From NCBI GenBank assembly GCA_965235115.1, contig OZ249436.1, forward strand, positions 248,001-312,000: a DNA stretch of 64,000 nt. The letters are read 5' to 3'. The notes below the pieces were generated by a model. The model ran no database searches and was not told the origin of the DNA. It saw only the letters and a program-made list of their open reading frames with translations. Of this stretch, positions 63,971 through 64,000 are shown piece by piece (position 1 is the first letter of the stretch; every line of letters starts with the position of its first letter). The position numbers and the translations under genes are program-made. The stretch is from Laetmonice hystrix (lineage: Eukaryota).

Positions 63971-64000
63971 TTTCCCCAGTAATGTTCTAGGAAGCAGTGA

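Overview
Eukaryotic (animal) genomic DNA. It is most likely an invertebrate such as a lophotrochozoan; this is inferred from GT-AG introns, TTAGGG-like repeats, little CpG depletion and tRNA-derived SINE fragments. About 40 of the 64 kb (rough hand sum) is a mosaic of roughly 45 tandem arrays, mostly unrelated to each other, with units of 4-128 bp separated by short unique islands. Almost every long ORF in the supplied track is an artefact of these arrays. The only coding sequence I can support is two minus-strand exons at the left edge (2118-1963 and 720-603). They splice in frame to give a signal peptide, a Cys-Cys motif and a Gly-X-Y collagen stalk, resembling the N-terminus of a C1q/CTRP-type secreted protein; the rest of the gene lies left of the window. 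Also present: a PIF/Harbinger-type MITE, other palindromic MITEs, a Helitron-type 3' end next to three tRNA-like units, SINE remnants that seeded minisatellites, a ~2.5 kb tandem duplication whose VNTR copy numbers differ, an array of perfect 5' splice-site motifs on the gene's sense strand, and candidate CTCF/RFX/ETS/NF-Y/YY1 motifs. I found no prokaryotic system, CRISPR array or autonomous transposon ORF. Copy numbers are hand estimates.
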